Notes: generated by a model not told the origin, from the sequence alone. 51,925 bases of DNA from Bacilli bacterium (GCA_028703035.1 JAQVNR010000001.1:1-51925), one strand, 5' to 3'; shown: positions 28,649-38,501, numbered from the stretch's first letter. Made by a program: numbers and translations.

Positions 28649-28674
28649 CACATTTTAAGCAGGCTTAAAATGTG
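28649..28674 (+). terminator. 12-bp palindrome CACATTTTAAGC-AG-GCTTAAAATGTG (terminator or operator)
   Basis: Perfect inverted repeat downstream of the bacteriocin genes, T/A-rich tail. Confidence 0.45.
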
Positions 28675-28766
28675 TTATAAATTTATTGTACCTTGTATAA
28701 TTCTACTTATATTTCAAGGAAGTAATTAAATCTGATATATGGTAGAATGTTTATGGAGGTGGAATC

Positions 28767-29093
28767 ATGGAAAAGATATTTCCAAAAAGAAATTATTCTG
28801 ATATTGTTTATGATATAAATTATTTAAGAGATTTAGGTTTTGCTGATGGGTATGCTGATTTGGCTAGTGATGTAGAAAATATAGCAATTTATAGTTACAA
28901 ATTAATGGAATCTAGAGAATTTACTTTTGAATGCATGAAAGGATATATGGAAGGATATGATGTTGGTTTGACTATGAGTCAGAATAGTCCAGATATTTAT
29001 GATGAGGATGGAATTCTTAAAGATGGAATTGATATACAACCAGATATTTTTGATTATGACGTTCAATATGTAATGCAAAAAATATTTAAGTAA
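28767..29093 (+). CDS. Acidic hypothetical protein (108 aa)
   Basis: GGAGGTGG RBS, extended -10 TGgTAGAAT at about 28741-28749; no TM segment and no motifs. Confidence 0.55.
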   Translation: MEKIFPKRNYSDIVYDINYLRDLGFADGYADLASDVENIAIYSYKLMESREFTFECMKGYMEGYDVGLTMSQNSPDIYDEDGILKDGIDIQPDIFDYDVQYVMQKIFK

Positions 29094-29106
29094 TTTTAAA
29101 TAATGA

Positions 29107-29166
29107 TTGTTCGGCAGAGCTATAGGATTGGCTATTAGTATGAGTAAAAGAGGTACTAGATGTTAG
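29107..29166 (+). pseudogene. 3' remnant of a third bacteriocin precursor gene
   Basis: ...LFGRAIGLAISMSKRGTRC*; 29119-29195 repeats 28558-28632 almost exactly. Confidence 0.6.
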
Positions 29167-29210
29167 TTCACAAACTAATTATTTAGTGCTATAATTATGA
29201 AGGGTGCTAT

Positions 29211-30290
29211 ATGAATAATAAACTACGAAAAATTTTAAAAAAAATCGAAGAAAATGGATTTGAAGCATATATTGTAGGTGGCTATGTACGCGACCACATT
29301 CTTGGTACTGAATCAACTGATATTGATATATGTACAAATGCTCTTCCTAAAGATATTGTTAAAATTTTCAAAGTGAAAGCTAAACATGAATATGGTTCAT
29401 TTTCTTTAAAAGATGGTAAATATCATTTTGATATTACCACATATCGTAGTGAATCTAAATATAAAAACCGTAAACCACAGCAAGTAGAATATGTTAATAA
29501 TTTAATTACTGATATTAATCGTCGGGATTTTACAATTAATTCTTTATGTATGAATTCCAAAGGGCAAATTATAGATATTCTTGGTGGTAGAGAAGATATT
29601 AATAATAAAACAATTAAAGTAATCGGGTCTTTAGAACAAAAGTTAACTGAAGACCCATTGCGTATTTTAAGAGCAATTAGATTTTCAGTTGTATTAGATT
29701 TTAGTATTGATCCTCCAATCCTTAATTTTATTAAAAATAATAAACCTCTTTTGGAGACTCTTAGTTTTACTAGAAGAAAAGAAGAATTAAACCGGATATT
29801 TTCTTCTAAGAAAAGTGGGGTGGGATTAAAATTATTAAAAGAATTAGATTTACTTGAATCTTTAGGAATAAATTATGATTATGTTAAAGTAGTACCAGAT
29901 ATACTTGGTATTTGGGCTCAGATTGATTTTGATGAAAGGTATCCTTTTACAAAAAGTAGCTTAGATGTTATAAATAAAGTAAGAAAGATTATTAAAAAAG
30001 ATAAGATTGATAAACGAACCTTATATGAAAATGATTTATATGTTTTAACAGTTGCTGGTGAAATAATGGGATATGAGCGAAAAAAGCTTACAATACAATA
30101 TGCTAACTTACCAATAAAAAATTTAAGAGATTTAAAAATAAGCGCTAAGGAAATTTTAAATATATTAAATATTGAGCCTTCAAAACAATTAAAAATAATT
30201 TATGAAGATTTAACAAACAAAGTAATTAATGGAGAATTAAAAAATAATAATGCAATTTTAAAAAAATATATATTAAATAAATGGAAGTGA
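29211..30290 (+). CDS. cca: CCA-adding tRNA nucleotidyltransferase
   Basis: GGYVRD...DIDI polymerase-beta head motif, RRDFTIN. Confidence 0.85.
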   Translation: MNNKLRKILKKIEENGFEAYIVGGYVRDHILGTESTDIDICTNALPKDIVKIFKVKAKHEYGSFSLKDGKYHFDITTYRSESKYKNRKPQQVEYVNNLITDINRRDFTINSLCMNSKGQIIDILGGREDINNKTIKVIGSLEQKLTEDPLRILRAIRFSVVLDFSIDPPILNFIKNNKPLLETLSFTRRKEELNRIFSSKKSGVGLKLLKELDLLESLGINYDYVKVVPDILGIWAQIDFDERYPFTKSSLDVINKVRKIIKKDKIDKRTLYENDLYVLTVAGEIMGYERKKLTIQYANLPIKNLRDLKISAKEILNILNIEPSKQLKIIYEDLTNKVINGELKNNNAILKKYILNKWK

Positions 30291-30294
30291 TAAC

Positions 30295-30933
30295 ATGAGT
30301 AATGCTGTATTAGAGAAATTAGTAAAAGAAAAAGATTATTGTTTTAAAAAACAATTATTTAAAGTTGCAGTAGATTATGATTTTTCTTTAGCAGAATTAC
30401 TTGTTTTAATTCATTTTATTAATTTAGGTAAACCTGATTTTAACATAAATCAAATTAAAGAAGTTACATATTTATCTGATGTAAAAATTATGGAAGCTTT
30501 CTCATTACTAACATCTAAAAAATTAATTTCGGTTAACGTTGTAAAAGAAGAAACTGGTAAAATTAAAGAAGTAATTGATTTAAGCAGAGTTTATAGAGCA
30601 ATGGTTAGTGAAATAAATACTAATATTCAAGCAAAAAATGTTGAAAATATTTTTACAATATTTGAAAAAGAGTTTGGCAGAACTTTAAGCCCAATTGAAT
30701 TTGAAATAATTAATGCTTGGCTTAAATCTGGCACTTCTGAAGAACTTATTATTAAAGCTTTAAAAGAAGCAACATTTAATGGCGTAAGTAATTTGCGATA
30801 TATCGACAAAATTATTTATGAGTGGGGAAAAAAAGGTTTAAAAACTGGTGATGATGTGGATAATCATTTAAAAAAATCAATCAAAAAAGATGTAGAACCT
30901 TTATTTGATTATAACTGGTTAGATGATGAATAA
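30295..30933 (+). CDS. dnaD: DnaD-domain replication initiation protein
   Basis: FEKEFGRTLSPIEFEIINAW DnaD domain; conserved dnaD-nth adjacency. Confidence 0.75.
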   Translation: MSNAVLEKLVKEKDYCFKKQLFKVAVDYDFSLAELLVLIHFINLGKPDFNINQIKEVTYLSDVKIMEAFSLLTSKKLISVNVVKEETGKIKEVIDLSRVYRAMVSEINTNIQAKNVENIFTIFEKEFGRTLSPIEFEIINAWLKSGTSEELIIKALKEATFNGVSNLRYIDKIIYEWGKKGLKTGDDVDNHLKKSIKKDVEPLFDYNWLDDE

Positions 30934-31540
30934 GATATATGAAGTATTAGATACTTTAATTCCAAATCCTAAATGTGAACTAGATTATACAAAAAATTAT
31001 GAACTTTTAATAGCAACTATGTTAAGTGCTCAGTCTACTGATAAAAGAGTAAATATGGTAACGAAAGTTTTATTTTCTAAGTATACACTACAAGAATTAG
31101 CTGATATTGATTTTGATGAACTTAAGTCAATTATTAAAAGTGTAGGAAGTTTTAATAAAAAAGCATTCTATTTAAAAAGTATAGCTAAATCTTTAGTAAA
31201 TAATTATGGTGGGATTGTTCCAAATAATCGCAAATATTTAGAAAGTTTACCTGGAGTAGGTAGAAAAACGGCTAATGTGGTTTTAAAAAATTTATATAAT
31301 GTTCCATGTATTCCAGTTGATACTCATGTTGAAAGAGTATCTAAACGGCTAGGTCTTGCTAAAATAGGCGCTACACCTATTGAAGTTGAAAGAAGTTTGA
31401 TGAATTTGATTCCCAAAGTCAAGTGGAATAAAGTAGGTGAACAAATTTTATTATTTGGTAGATATTATTGTAAGAGTATAAAACCAGAATGTGAAAACTG
31501 TCCTTTAAAGAAAGATTGTAAAAAAGATGATTTAAAATAA
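30923..31540 (+). CDS. nth: Endonuclease III
   Basis: HhH-GPD LPGVGRKTANVV, catalytic VDTHV, 4Fe-4S C-x6-C-x2-C-x5-C. Confidence 0.9.
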   Translation: MMNKIYEVLDTLIPNPKCELDYTKNYELLIATMLSAQSTDKRVNMVTKVLFSKYTLQELADIDFDELKSIIKSVGSFNKKAFYLKSIAKSLVNNYGGIVPNNRKYLESLPGVGRKTANVVLKNLYNVPCIPVDTHVERVSKRLGLAKIGATPIEVERSLMNLIPKVKWNKVGEQILLFGRYYCKSIKPECENCPLKKDCKKDDLK

Positions 31541-31569
31541 AAAGACTATTAAACTGTTAATAGTCTTTT
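31540..31569. terminator. Bidirectional terminator between nth and csp
   Basis: 13-bp perfect stem AAAAGACTATTAA / TTAATAGTCTTTT, 4-nt loop. Confidence 0.7.
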
Positions 31570-31595
31570 AAAGTTAAATTATAATTTATTTTAAC

Positions 31596-31811
31596 TTATA
31601 ATACAGAAACGTTTTTTGCTCTATCTTTATTATTTTTTGCATTACTTTCGGGATTAGTTTCGATTTCAAAAGATACTTTTTGTCCTTTTTGAAGTTCTTT
31701 TAGACCGTCATTTAAAGCAGATATATGCACAAAAACATCATTTCCTGTTTCATCATTTTCGATAAAACCAAAACCTTTTTCAGTATTGAAAAATTTTACT
31801 GTACCGTTCAT
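31596..31811 (-). CDS. Cold-shock domain protein
   Basis: [15 protein letters not shown] and [12 protein letters not shown] motifs; ATG 31811 after AAGGAGG. Confidence 0.88.
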   Translation of the reverse strand: MNGTVKFFNTEKGFGFIENDETGNDVFVHISALNDGLKELQKGQKVSFEIETNPESNAKNNKDRAKNVSVL

Positions 31812-31896
31812 TAGTTTTCCTCCTTTGCATTTATACTCCTTTAGATTTGAAGTACTGATTAAGTATAACATAGTTTAAAGTGGATAATCAATTAAA

Positions 31897-34635
31897 TTAA
31901 CAATTTTCTTTAACTTGACGAGTTAAAGTTTTAGATGAACCTACTTGCTTGTTAGTTATAATATGGGTTATATTATATTCTTCATCACCTAAAGAGCGAC
32001 AATTAATCTGCATATTTAGGCTGTCTTCACAAGAGTTTGTAATAGTAATATAATCACTATTTGTAATATCAATGCCGTTTTCTGTAACTTTAACTAAATT
32101 ACTATTATTAAGACGATCAGTAAATTCTTTAACTGTTAAGCAACTTCCTCCTTGCAAACTTGCTTGCCATCCTGTAGTTTCAGCTTCGGGGACATTAGCT
32201 GTAGCTTGAACTTCAACACCATTGCTCATATTTGCTTTAAATATTGAGTAGCTTGATTTAACAATAAACTTCGATCCCACAGGTATCGTGCCAGTATATT
32301 TAAAAGTTGTATTTGATGTCCAACCCAAGTCAGTTGTGGCAGTGCCGGTATTTAAATAGACTTGATAGCCGATTGAGCCAATGTTTGCAATGTTGTATTC
32401 GTAACGTCTATTCAAATATTTAGTAGCCCTTTTTCCATATCCTTCATTAAAATAATCAGTTAAATATAAAGAACTTATTGCATCTGGAGTAGGGATTCCT
32501 GACCAGTTTAAAGTTGTAGTGCCTCCACTGTTTTCAATTTTTAGATTTGTTGGATTTTCTAGTTTAGAAAAGCGAAATGAGACTTCAGATGGAGCAGTGC
32601 CTTTTCTAAAATATTCAACACTCTTTAACTTAGCAGGTGTATATTCACTAGCAAGCTTTAAAGGATTTGTTTCCAGTTCAATAGTTGCAGTTACAACACT
32701 TGATGGTTGTTTAAATCTTGAATTAGTCTCTAAAATACCAGCAGTTAGAAGTCTTGAAACGACTCTTCTTGCCCCAGATCCAACCGAGTTAGTCAAATAA
32801 TACTCTTTGGTGGCAATATCTTTGTAGCCAATCCAAGTTGTACAAACATAATCAGGTGAATATACTATTTGCCATGAGTCTCCAATAACATCACCTTTTA
32901 AACCAAGAGATTTAATATGGGCTCTATCAACACTAGATGTTCCAGTTTTACTAGCAACGTCTGTGCCACTTTTTGAACCAGCTCCGATATCACCATTAGT
33001 AACAGCAAATCTTAATATCATATTTATCATGTAAGCGGTTGAATCTTTCATTACCGTTCTTTTTTCAGGAGTAACCGTATAAACTTCTCCAGTATCAACA
33101 AATTCTACTTTAGTAAATGAATGAGGTTCAATATAAATTCCTCCTCTAGCAAAAGTAGCATAAGCAGCGGCTATATCAAGGGGACTTTCACCAGTATAAC
33201 CTCCGATACTATGTGACTCATTAATAAAATCATTAGAATCATATTCAGGATGTAAGTTAAGACCAGTAACAAATTCATTTATTTGTTTATTAGGAATTGC
33301 TTGGAATGTTTGCAGGGCTGTTGTATTTCTTGAGGCCGCTAAAGCAGTTTTAATCGTCATTATACCTTTATAACCACCATCCCAGTTTTTAACGTTGCCA
33401 CCGCCACTATAGCCATGAACATCATCAATTGCCATTTGCCCAGTTCCCCAGTTTAAATACTCGATTGCAGGACCATAGTCAAATAAAGGTTTGGCAGTAG
33501 AACCAGGATGTCTTTCAGTCTGGGTCGCAAAGTTCCAACTTAGTTTAGATTGTTTATTACGTCCTGCCCCAACAGCCACAATACTACCGGTTTCAACATC
33601 AATGACGGCAATTCCTGTTTGAATCATTTCATTTGGCCAATTATAGCTGGTGCCATCATTAATATTATTAATAACTTCTTGCTTTTCTTTAATAAAGGTT
33701 GAATTGATTTTCATAGCTACTAAATAAGGATCTTGCTTAGTTCTTTCTCTAACCTCAGCAATTATTGTATCAATCATTCCTTGGTTACGCATTGCTGATG
33801 ATTCAGCTTTAATTAAAAGTGATTCAACGGAAATATTTTTAGCTATTTCATATTCTTCATCAGTAATATAACCATGTTTACTCATTAAATTTAATACTTG
33901 GTTACGTCTGTTTTCGGCTTTTTCCGGATGACTAAATGGATCAAAAGCATCTGGTGCTTGAAATAGTCCAGCAATAACAGCTGCTTCCGTTAAAGAAACT
34001 TCGCCAATATTTTTCCCGAAATATGCTTGAGCAGCTTGTTCAATTCCATAAGTACCTGCTCCTAAATAGGGAATATTAACATAAAATTCAATTATTTGTT
34101 CTTTAGTATATTTTTTTTCAATTTTAAAGACTGCCATATAAATATCAGTAAATTTACGAATTATTCCTTTAATACCACTTGCGATATCATCAGTAAATGT
34201 TTGCTTCACAACTTGCATTGTTAAAGTTGATGCACCACCTGCCTCGCTGTTTCCTAAAACTTGACTAACAGATGCTTTTAAAAATCTAGCTAAGTCTATT
34301 CCACTATGTTCCATAAATCTAGAATCTTCTGTTGCTAAAAGTGCGTCAATAAAAACTTCTGGAAGTTCATCATAAGAAACTTTTTCCCGGTTTTTATCAC
34401 CAACTCTAGCCATTTCCTCGCCATCTGCATAATAAATAATTGAGGCATCCGATGCATATAAGCCTTCCTCAGTAAAATTAGGGGCGCTTATTACAATGTA
34501 CATAAAGAAAACTATGGCTAAAAACACTATCGCAATTAGACCTAGCATACATATAATTAAAACCTTTTCTCCTAAACTACTTTTCTTGAATTTAGATTTA
34601 GCTTTTTCCATTTTGCTTTTTATTTTATTTTTCAT
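31897..34635 (-). CDS. ponA: Bifunctional class A penicillin-binding protein (PBP1A)
   Basis: GT51 motifs EDSRFMEHSGID, STLTMQ; transpeptidase STAKP, SRN, KTGT; recU-ponA synteny. Confidence 0.9.
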   Translation of the reverse strand: MKNKIKSKMEKAKSKFKKSSLGEKVLIICMLGLIAIVFLAIVFFMYIVISAPNFTEEGLYASDASIIYYADGEEMARVGDKNREKVSYDELPEVFIDALLATEDSRFMEHSGIDLARFLKASVSQVLGNSEAGGASTLTMQVVKQTFTDDIASGIKGIIRKFTDIYMAVFKIEKKYTKEQIIEFYVNIPYLGAGTYGIEQAAQAYFGKNIGEVSLTEAAVIAGLFQAPDAFDPFSHPEKAENRRNQVLNLMSKHGYITDEEYEIAKNISVESLLIKAESSAMRNQGMIDTIIAEVRERTKQDPYLVAMKINSTFIKEKQEVINNINDGTSYNWPNEMIQTGIAVIDVETGSIVAVGAGRNKQSKLSWNFATQTERHPGSTAKPLFDYGPAIEYLNWGTGQMAIDDVHGYSGGGNVKNWDGGYKGIMTIKTALAASRNTTALQTFQAIPNKQINEFVTGLNLHPEYDSNDFINESHSIGGYTGESPLDIAAAYATFARGGIYIEPHSFTKVEFVDTGEVYTVTPEKRTVMKDSTAYMINMILRFAVTNGDIGAGSKSGTDVASKTGTSSVDRAHIKSLGLKGDVIGDSWQIVYSPDYVCTTWIGYKDIATKEYYLTNSVGSGARRVVSRLLTAGILETNSRFKQPSSVVTATIELETNPLKLASEYTPAKLKSVEYFRKGTAPSEVSFRFSKLENPTNLKIENSGGTTTLNWSGIPTPDAISSLYLTDYFNEGYGKRATKYLNRRYEYNIANIGSIGYQVYLNTGTATTDLGWTSNTTFKYTGTIPVGSKFIVKSSYSIFKANMSNGVEVQATANVPEAETTGWQASLQGGSCLTVKEFTDRLNNSNLVKVTENGIDITNSDYITITNSCEDSLNMQINCRSLGDEEYNITHIITNKQVGSSKTLTRQVKENC

Positions 34636-35194
34636 ATCTTTCTCCTTTAAAATATAGTTTATTTACAATCTTTAAATAGTCTAAAGTAGGGTTATACTTA
34701 AGATCTATTTTTTCTCCTTTATTTTTTAGATATTCATAGGGAATGCTTTTTCTTTCATTTGCTTCTATAAACTCCATTAAAGATTCTCCTTTAAATAAAT
34801 AAATTTCATTATTAATTTCTATTATCAAAAAAGTAAGTCCATTATGTTTTAAAATATTTTTAATATGTCTAATTTGATGATTACTAATATTACTTAGAGG
34901 AAATGCTGTTTTAGAACGAGTACTTTTAGCATCAAAATCTAAATATTTACCTTTATATACTCCAACATAATCTAAACTAGACTTACTTTGTAGTTGACCT
35001 TTAGTTAAAACTTTATTTTTTTCATATGTTACTTTAGTTATTGTTACTGGAGTAGGTTTCTTATAAATAATGGCAATTTCGTTTATTTCATAATATTTAT
35101 TTGCTTCGTTTACAAGTGCTTCTAAATTCATACCTCGATTGGCATAATTAATATTTTTATTAAATTCTTTTTTTAGATTACCTGGATAGAGCAT
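34625..35194 (-). CDS. recU: Holliday junction resolvase RecU
   Basis: NRGMNLE, DYVGVYKGKYLDFDAKST, conserved position upstream of ponA. Confidence 0.85.
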   Translation of the reverse strand: MLYPGNLKKEFNKNINYANRGMNLEALVNEANKYYEINEIAIIYKKPTPVTITKVTYEKNKVLTKGQLQSKSSLDYVGVYKGKYLDFDAKSTRSKTAFPLSNISNHQIRHIKNILKHNGLTFLIIEINNEIYLFKGESLMEFIEANERKSIPYEYLKNKGEKIDLKYNPTLDYLKIVNKLYFKGERYEK

Positions 35195-35305
35195 GCCATC
35201 ACCTTTATCAATTATATAATAAACAAACCAAAAATTCTAGTTGCTACTCAATTTATTTGCATTTTTTGACACATTTATATATAATACAGAGGTAAGGAAG
35301 ATTTT

Positions 35306-35911
35306 ATGAAAATAGATAATTCGATTTTAAGTGTAATTGCTGTAAGAATTAGCCAGTATCCTGAAGACAACAAACCTGAATTTTTATTAGTTGGTAGAAG
35401 TAATGTTGGTAAAAGTAGTTTTATTAATTCATTATTAGGTCGAAAAAACTATGCTAGAACCAGTAGTAAACCAGGTAAAACTCAAACTTTAAACTTTTAT
35501 TTATGTAATGATAATTTTTATTTAGTAGATGTACCAGGTTATGGTTATGCATCAGTTGATAAGGCGACTCAAAAAAAGTTTGGCTTAATGATTGAAGAAT
35601 ATTTAAAAAATAGAGTTAATTTAAAAAGAGTATTTATGATAATTGATGGCCGGATGAAAGCAACCGAAAACGATTTAATTATGTATAATTATTTAAAACA
35701 TTATGATATAAAAGTAACAGTAGTTGCTACTAAATATGATAAAATCAAACCAAAAGATCGTAATAAAACATTTAAAAGTGTTAAAAACAGTTTAAATTTA
35801 GTTGATGAAGATAATTTAGTATACTTTTCAAGTGTTACTAAAAAAGGCCGTGAAGAAATTTATGGAATTATTTCTAGCACTTTAAATGATGGAGATGCTA
35901 ATGGAAAATAA
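35306..35911 (+). CDS. engB: Ribosome biogenesis GTPase EngB/YsxC
   Basis: GRSNVGKSSFIN, KPGKTQ, DVPGYGYA, TKYDK. Confidence 0.9.
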   Translation: MKIDNSILSVIAVRISQYPEDNKPEFLLVGRSNVGKSSFINSLLGRKNYARTSSKPGKTQTLNFYLCNDNFYLVDVPGYGYASVDKATQKKFGLMIEEYLKNRVNLKRVFMIIDGRMKATENDLIMYNYLKHYDIKVTVVATKYDKIKPKDRNKTFKSVKNSLNLVDEDNLVYFSSVTKKGREEIYGIISSTLNDGDANGK

Positions 35912-36350
35912 AAATGGTTTTACTTTAGTAGAAATACTTGCGGTAATTATTGTTTTGGGATTAGTTATGGCGGTATCAGTTCCCTCATCAATAACAATTG
36001 GTAATAAAATTAAAGATAAATTACTAAGTGATAAACTTGCTCTTGCTGAAAAATCGGCTGTCTTATGGGGGCAAGATAACCGAAGCTGTTTTTCTGGTAG
36101 TGGGTGCTTAGAATACCCTGAGACAATGGATAGTGTTTGCTCACTTAGCGGTGATTTAAAAACTTGTTATATAACTTTAGAAATGCTTGCTGAAGATGAG
36201 TACTATGATTATGATAATGAAAGCAAGATTGAAAATCCTAAAGATTCAGAAAAATGCTTAAATAATTATATTATAAATTTAACTTATAATAAAAAAAATA
36301 AATCATTTAAAACAACTATGGATTTAGATAATCAAGATTCATCATGTTAA
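35901..36350 (+). CDS. Prepilin-type N-terminal cleavage/methylation domain protein (orphan pseudopilin)
   Basis: MENKNG|FTLVEILAVIIVLGL class III signal; ATG 35901 after GGAG. Confidence 0.7.
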   Translation: MENKNGFTLVEILAVIIVLGLVMAVSVPSSITIGNKIKDKLLSDKLALAEKSAVLWGQDNRSCFSGSGCLEYPETMDSVCSLSGDLKTCYITLEMLAEDEYYDYDNESKIENPKDSEKCLNNYIINLTYNKKNKSFKTTMDLDNQDSSC

Positions 36351-36461
36351 AAGTATAGTATTTGGATTCTAAATGTGGTATATTATTTATGCAGTTAGTT
36401 ATTGTTTTATAATTAATTGTTTAATATTACATATAATATTAATGCTACACTATGTAGTTCT

Positions 36462-36580
36462 AAAAAAGCGAGTGAAGCCAGCTCTATAAATGGCAGCTAA
36501 AAAAGTGAGTGAAGCCAGCTCTATAAATGGCAACTAAAAAAGTGAGTGAAGCCAGCTCTATAAATGGCAGCTAAAAAAGT
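36462..36580 (+). ncRNA. Type III antitoxin RNA (ToxI/antiQ-like): 3 complete 37-nt tandem repeats plus a partial fourth
   Basis: Units at 36462, 36499 and 36536 differ at 2 positions; no ORF; immediately upstream of a terminator and a ToxN-family gene. Confidence 0.8.
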
Positions 36581-36614
36581 AAGATTAGAGAGCAACCTCT
36601 AATCTTTTCTTTTT
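36581..36614 (+). terminator. Rho-independent terminator between antitoxin repeats and toxin gene
   Basis: AAGATTAGAG / CTCTAATCTT 10-bp stem, 6-nt loop, TTCTTTTT. Confidence 0.75.
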
Positions 36615-36652
36615 ATTAAAAATATTGTATAATTATAAGTGGTGATTTAATA

Positions 36653-37162
36653 ATGTATAAAACCTTTAAAATAGTAAAAATTAATTCTGATTATTGTGAT
36701 TATCTAAGAAATTTTGATAATAAAGTACCTTTTAATGCTGGTAAAAAAGAATTGCGACCATTTATTGGTGTGTTGTTCATGATTGAAAAGTTTGAATATT
36801 TTGCTCCACTTGCTAGCCCAAAGCCAAAACACAAAAAATTAAAAAACACTATAGATTTATTAAAAATAGAAGATGGTATTTATGGGGTTATCAATTTTAA
36901 TAATATGCTTCCAGTTGCTAAAGGTAATTATCAAGAGTTTGATTTAAATAAAAACACAAGCAATAAAGAAGAAATGTTTAGAATAGAATTATTAAGAAAT
37001 CAATTACGATTTTTAACTGCAAATAGAACTGATGTATTAACAAAATCAAAGATATTATATAAACTTTATAAAAACAAAAAATTACCTAAAAATGTAGAAG
37101 ACAGATGTTGTAATTTTATGTTGCTTGAAAAGAAATGTAAAGAATATAATAAATTATGTTAA
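36653..37162 (+). CDS. ToxN/AbiQ-family type III toxin endoribonuclease
   Basis: 169 aa; YLRNFDNKVP, FIGVLF..YFAPLASPKPKH, GVINFNNMLPV, RCCNFMLLEKK align by eye with ToxN/AbiQ. Confidence 0.8.
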   Translation: MYKTFKIVKINSDYCDYLRNFDNKVPFNAGKKELRPFIGVLFMIEKFEYFAPLASPKPKHKKLKNTIDLLKIEDGIYGVINFNNMLPVAKGNYQEFDLNKNTSNKEEMFRIELLRNQLRFLTANRTDVLTKSKILYKLYKNKKLPKNVEDRCCNFMLLEKKCKEYNKLC

Positions 37163-37190
37163 AATTTAAATAGAAAATGGAGGGAAATAG

Positions 37191-38501
37191 ATGAGAAAAA
37201 CTGTCTGTTTAATAGGTAGGCCTAATACTGGCAAATCCAGTTTATTTAACCGCTTAATTAAAGAAAAAAGATCAATAATTGATGATGAGGCAGGCATTAC
37301 AAGAGATCGAATATATGGAATAGTTAATTATGAAGATAAAAGTTTTCATTTAATCGATACCGGAGGGATTGATTTAGCAGACGCGGACTTTAGTCATAAT
37401 ATTAAAATGCAAGCTGAACTAGCAATTGATGAATCTGATGTAATAGTTTTTGTAATTGAAGGAAGATCATCACTTACTAGTAATGATTTAGAGATTGCTA
37501 GCCTCTTAAGAAAAAGTAATAAAAAAATTATAGTTGCTGTTAACAAACTAGATGATAAGGCTCATGATAAAGAAATATATAATTATTTTGAATTAGGTTT
37601 TGATGCATATATTCCTGTATCGGCCGAACATAATAGGGGAATAAAAGAATTACTTACAGAGATAACTAAAGATTTTAATGATTATTTAATAAAAGAAGAT
37701 GAATCTATTTTAAAATTTAGTATTATTGGTAGACCAAATGTTGGGAAAAGTTCTTTAATAAATGCTCTTCTTAATGAAGATAGAGTAATTGTTTCTGATA
37801 TACCAGGAACAACTAGAGATGCTGTTGATACTCGTTTTTCTTATGAAAAAAATGATTATATAGTAATAGATACGGCTGGGATGCGAAAAAAAGGCAGAAT
37901 ATATTACAACATCGAAAAATATAGTTTAATAAGAAGCTTAAAAGCAATTGATAGATCAGATGTCTGCGCGATCATAATTAATGCTGAAGAAGGTATAATT
38001 GAACATGATAAACATATTGCTGGCTACGCACTGGACGCAGGTAAAGCAGTTGTTCTAGTTGTTAATAAGTGGGATAAAATTGATAATAAAGATAAAGCGA
38101 TGAAACAGTGGACTAAAAATATTCGGGATAACTTTCAGTTCATGCCTTATGCAAATATTGTATTTTTATCTGCCTTAGAAAAAAAGCGAATTCATACTTT
38201 AATGCCTGAGGTTATAAAAGCATACGCATCAGCTACTAAAGAAGTTAAAACTTCAGTTTTAAATGACTGCATTAGAGAAGCGGCGCTTCTTCATCCAGCT
38301 CCGAGTTATAAATCACAAAGGCTTAAAATATATTTTGTCCATCAAGCTGGAACTAAACCACCAAAGTTTGAGTTTTCAGTCAATAATAAAAAACTAGTTC
38401 ATTTTAGTTATGCAAGATATTTAGAAAACAAAATAAGAGAATCATTTGATTTTACTGGAACCCCAATAATTATTAAATTTTCAAATCGAGGTGAGAAATA
38501 A
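37191..38501 (+). CDS. der: GTPase Der (EngA)
   Basis: Two G-domains (GRPNTGKSSLFN, GRPNVGKSSLIN) plus a KH-like C-terminus. Confidence 0.93.
   Translation: MRKTVCLIGRPNTGKSSLFNRLIKEKRSIIDDEAGITRDRIYGIVNYEDKSFHLIDTGGIDLADADFSHNIKMQAELAIDESDVIVFVIEGRSSLTSNDLEIASLLRKSNKKIIVAVNKLDDKAHDKEIYNYFELGFDAYIPVSAEHNRGIKELLTEITKDFNDYLIKEDESILKFSIIGRPNVGKSSLINALLNEDRVIVSDIPGTTRDAVDTRFSYEKNDYIVIDTAGMRKKGRIYYNIEKYSLIRSLKAIDRSDVCAIIINAEEGIIEHDKHIAGYALDAGKAVVLVVNKWDKIDNKDKAMKQWTKNIRDNFQFMPYANIVFLSALEKKRIHTLMPEVIKAYASATKEVKTSVLNDCIREAALLHPAPSYKSQRLKIYFVHQAGTKPPKFEFSVNNKKLVHFSYARYLENKIRESFDFTGTPIIIKFSNRGEK

Noticed and set aside
36462-36580. Tandem repeats considered as a CRISPR array
   Set aside because: The units are contiguous with no spacers, each is 37 nt, there are no cas genes, and a terminator plus a ToxN-family gene follow. 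That is type III antitoxin RNA architecture instead.
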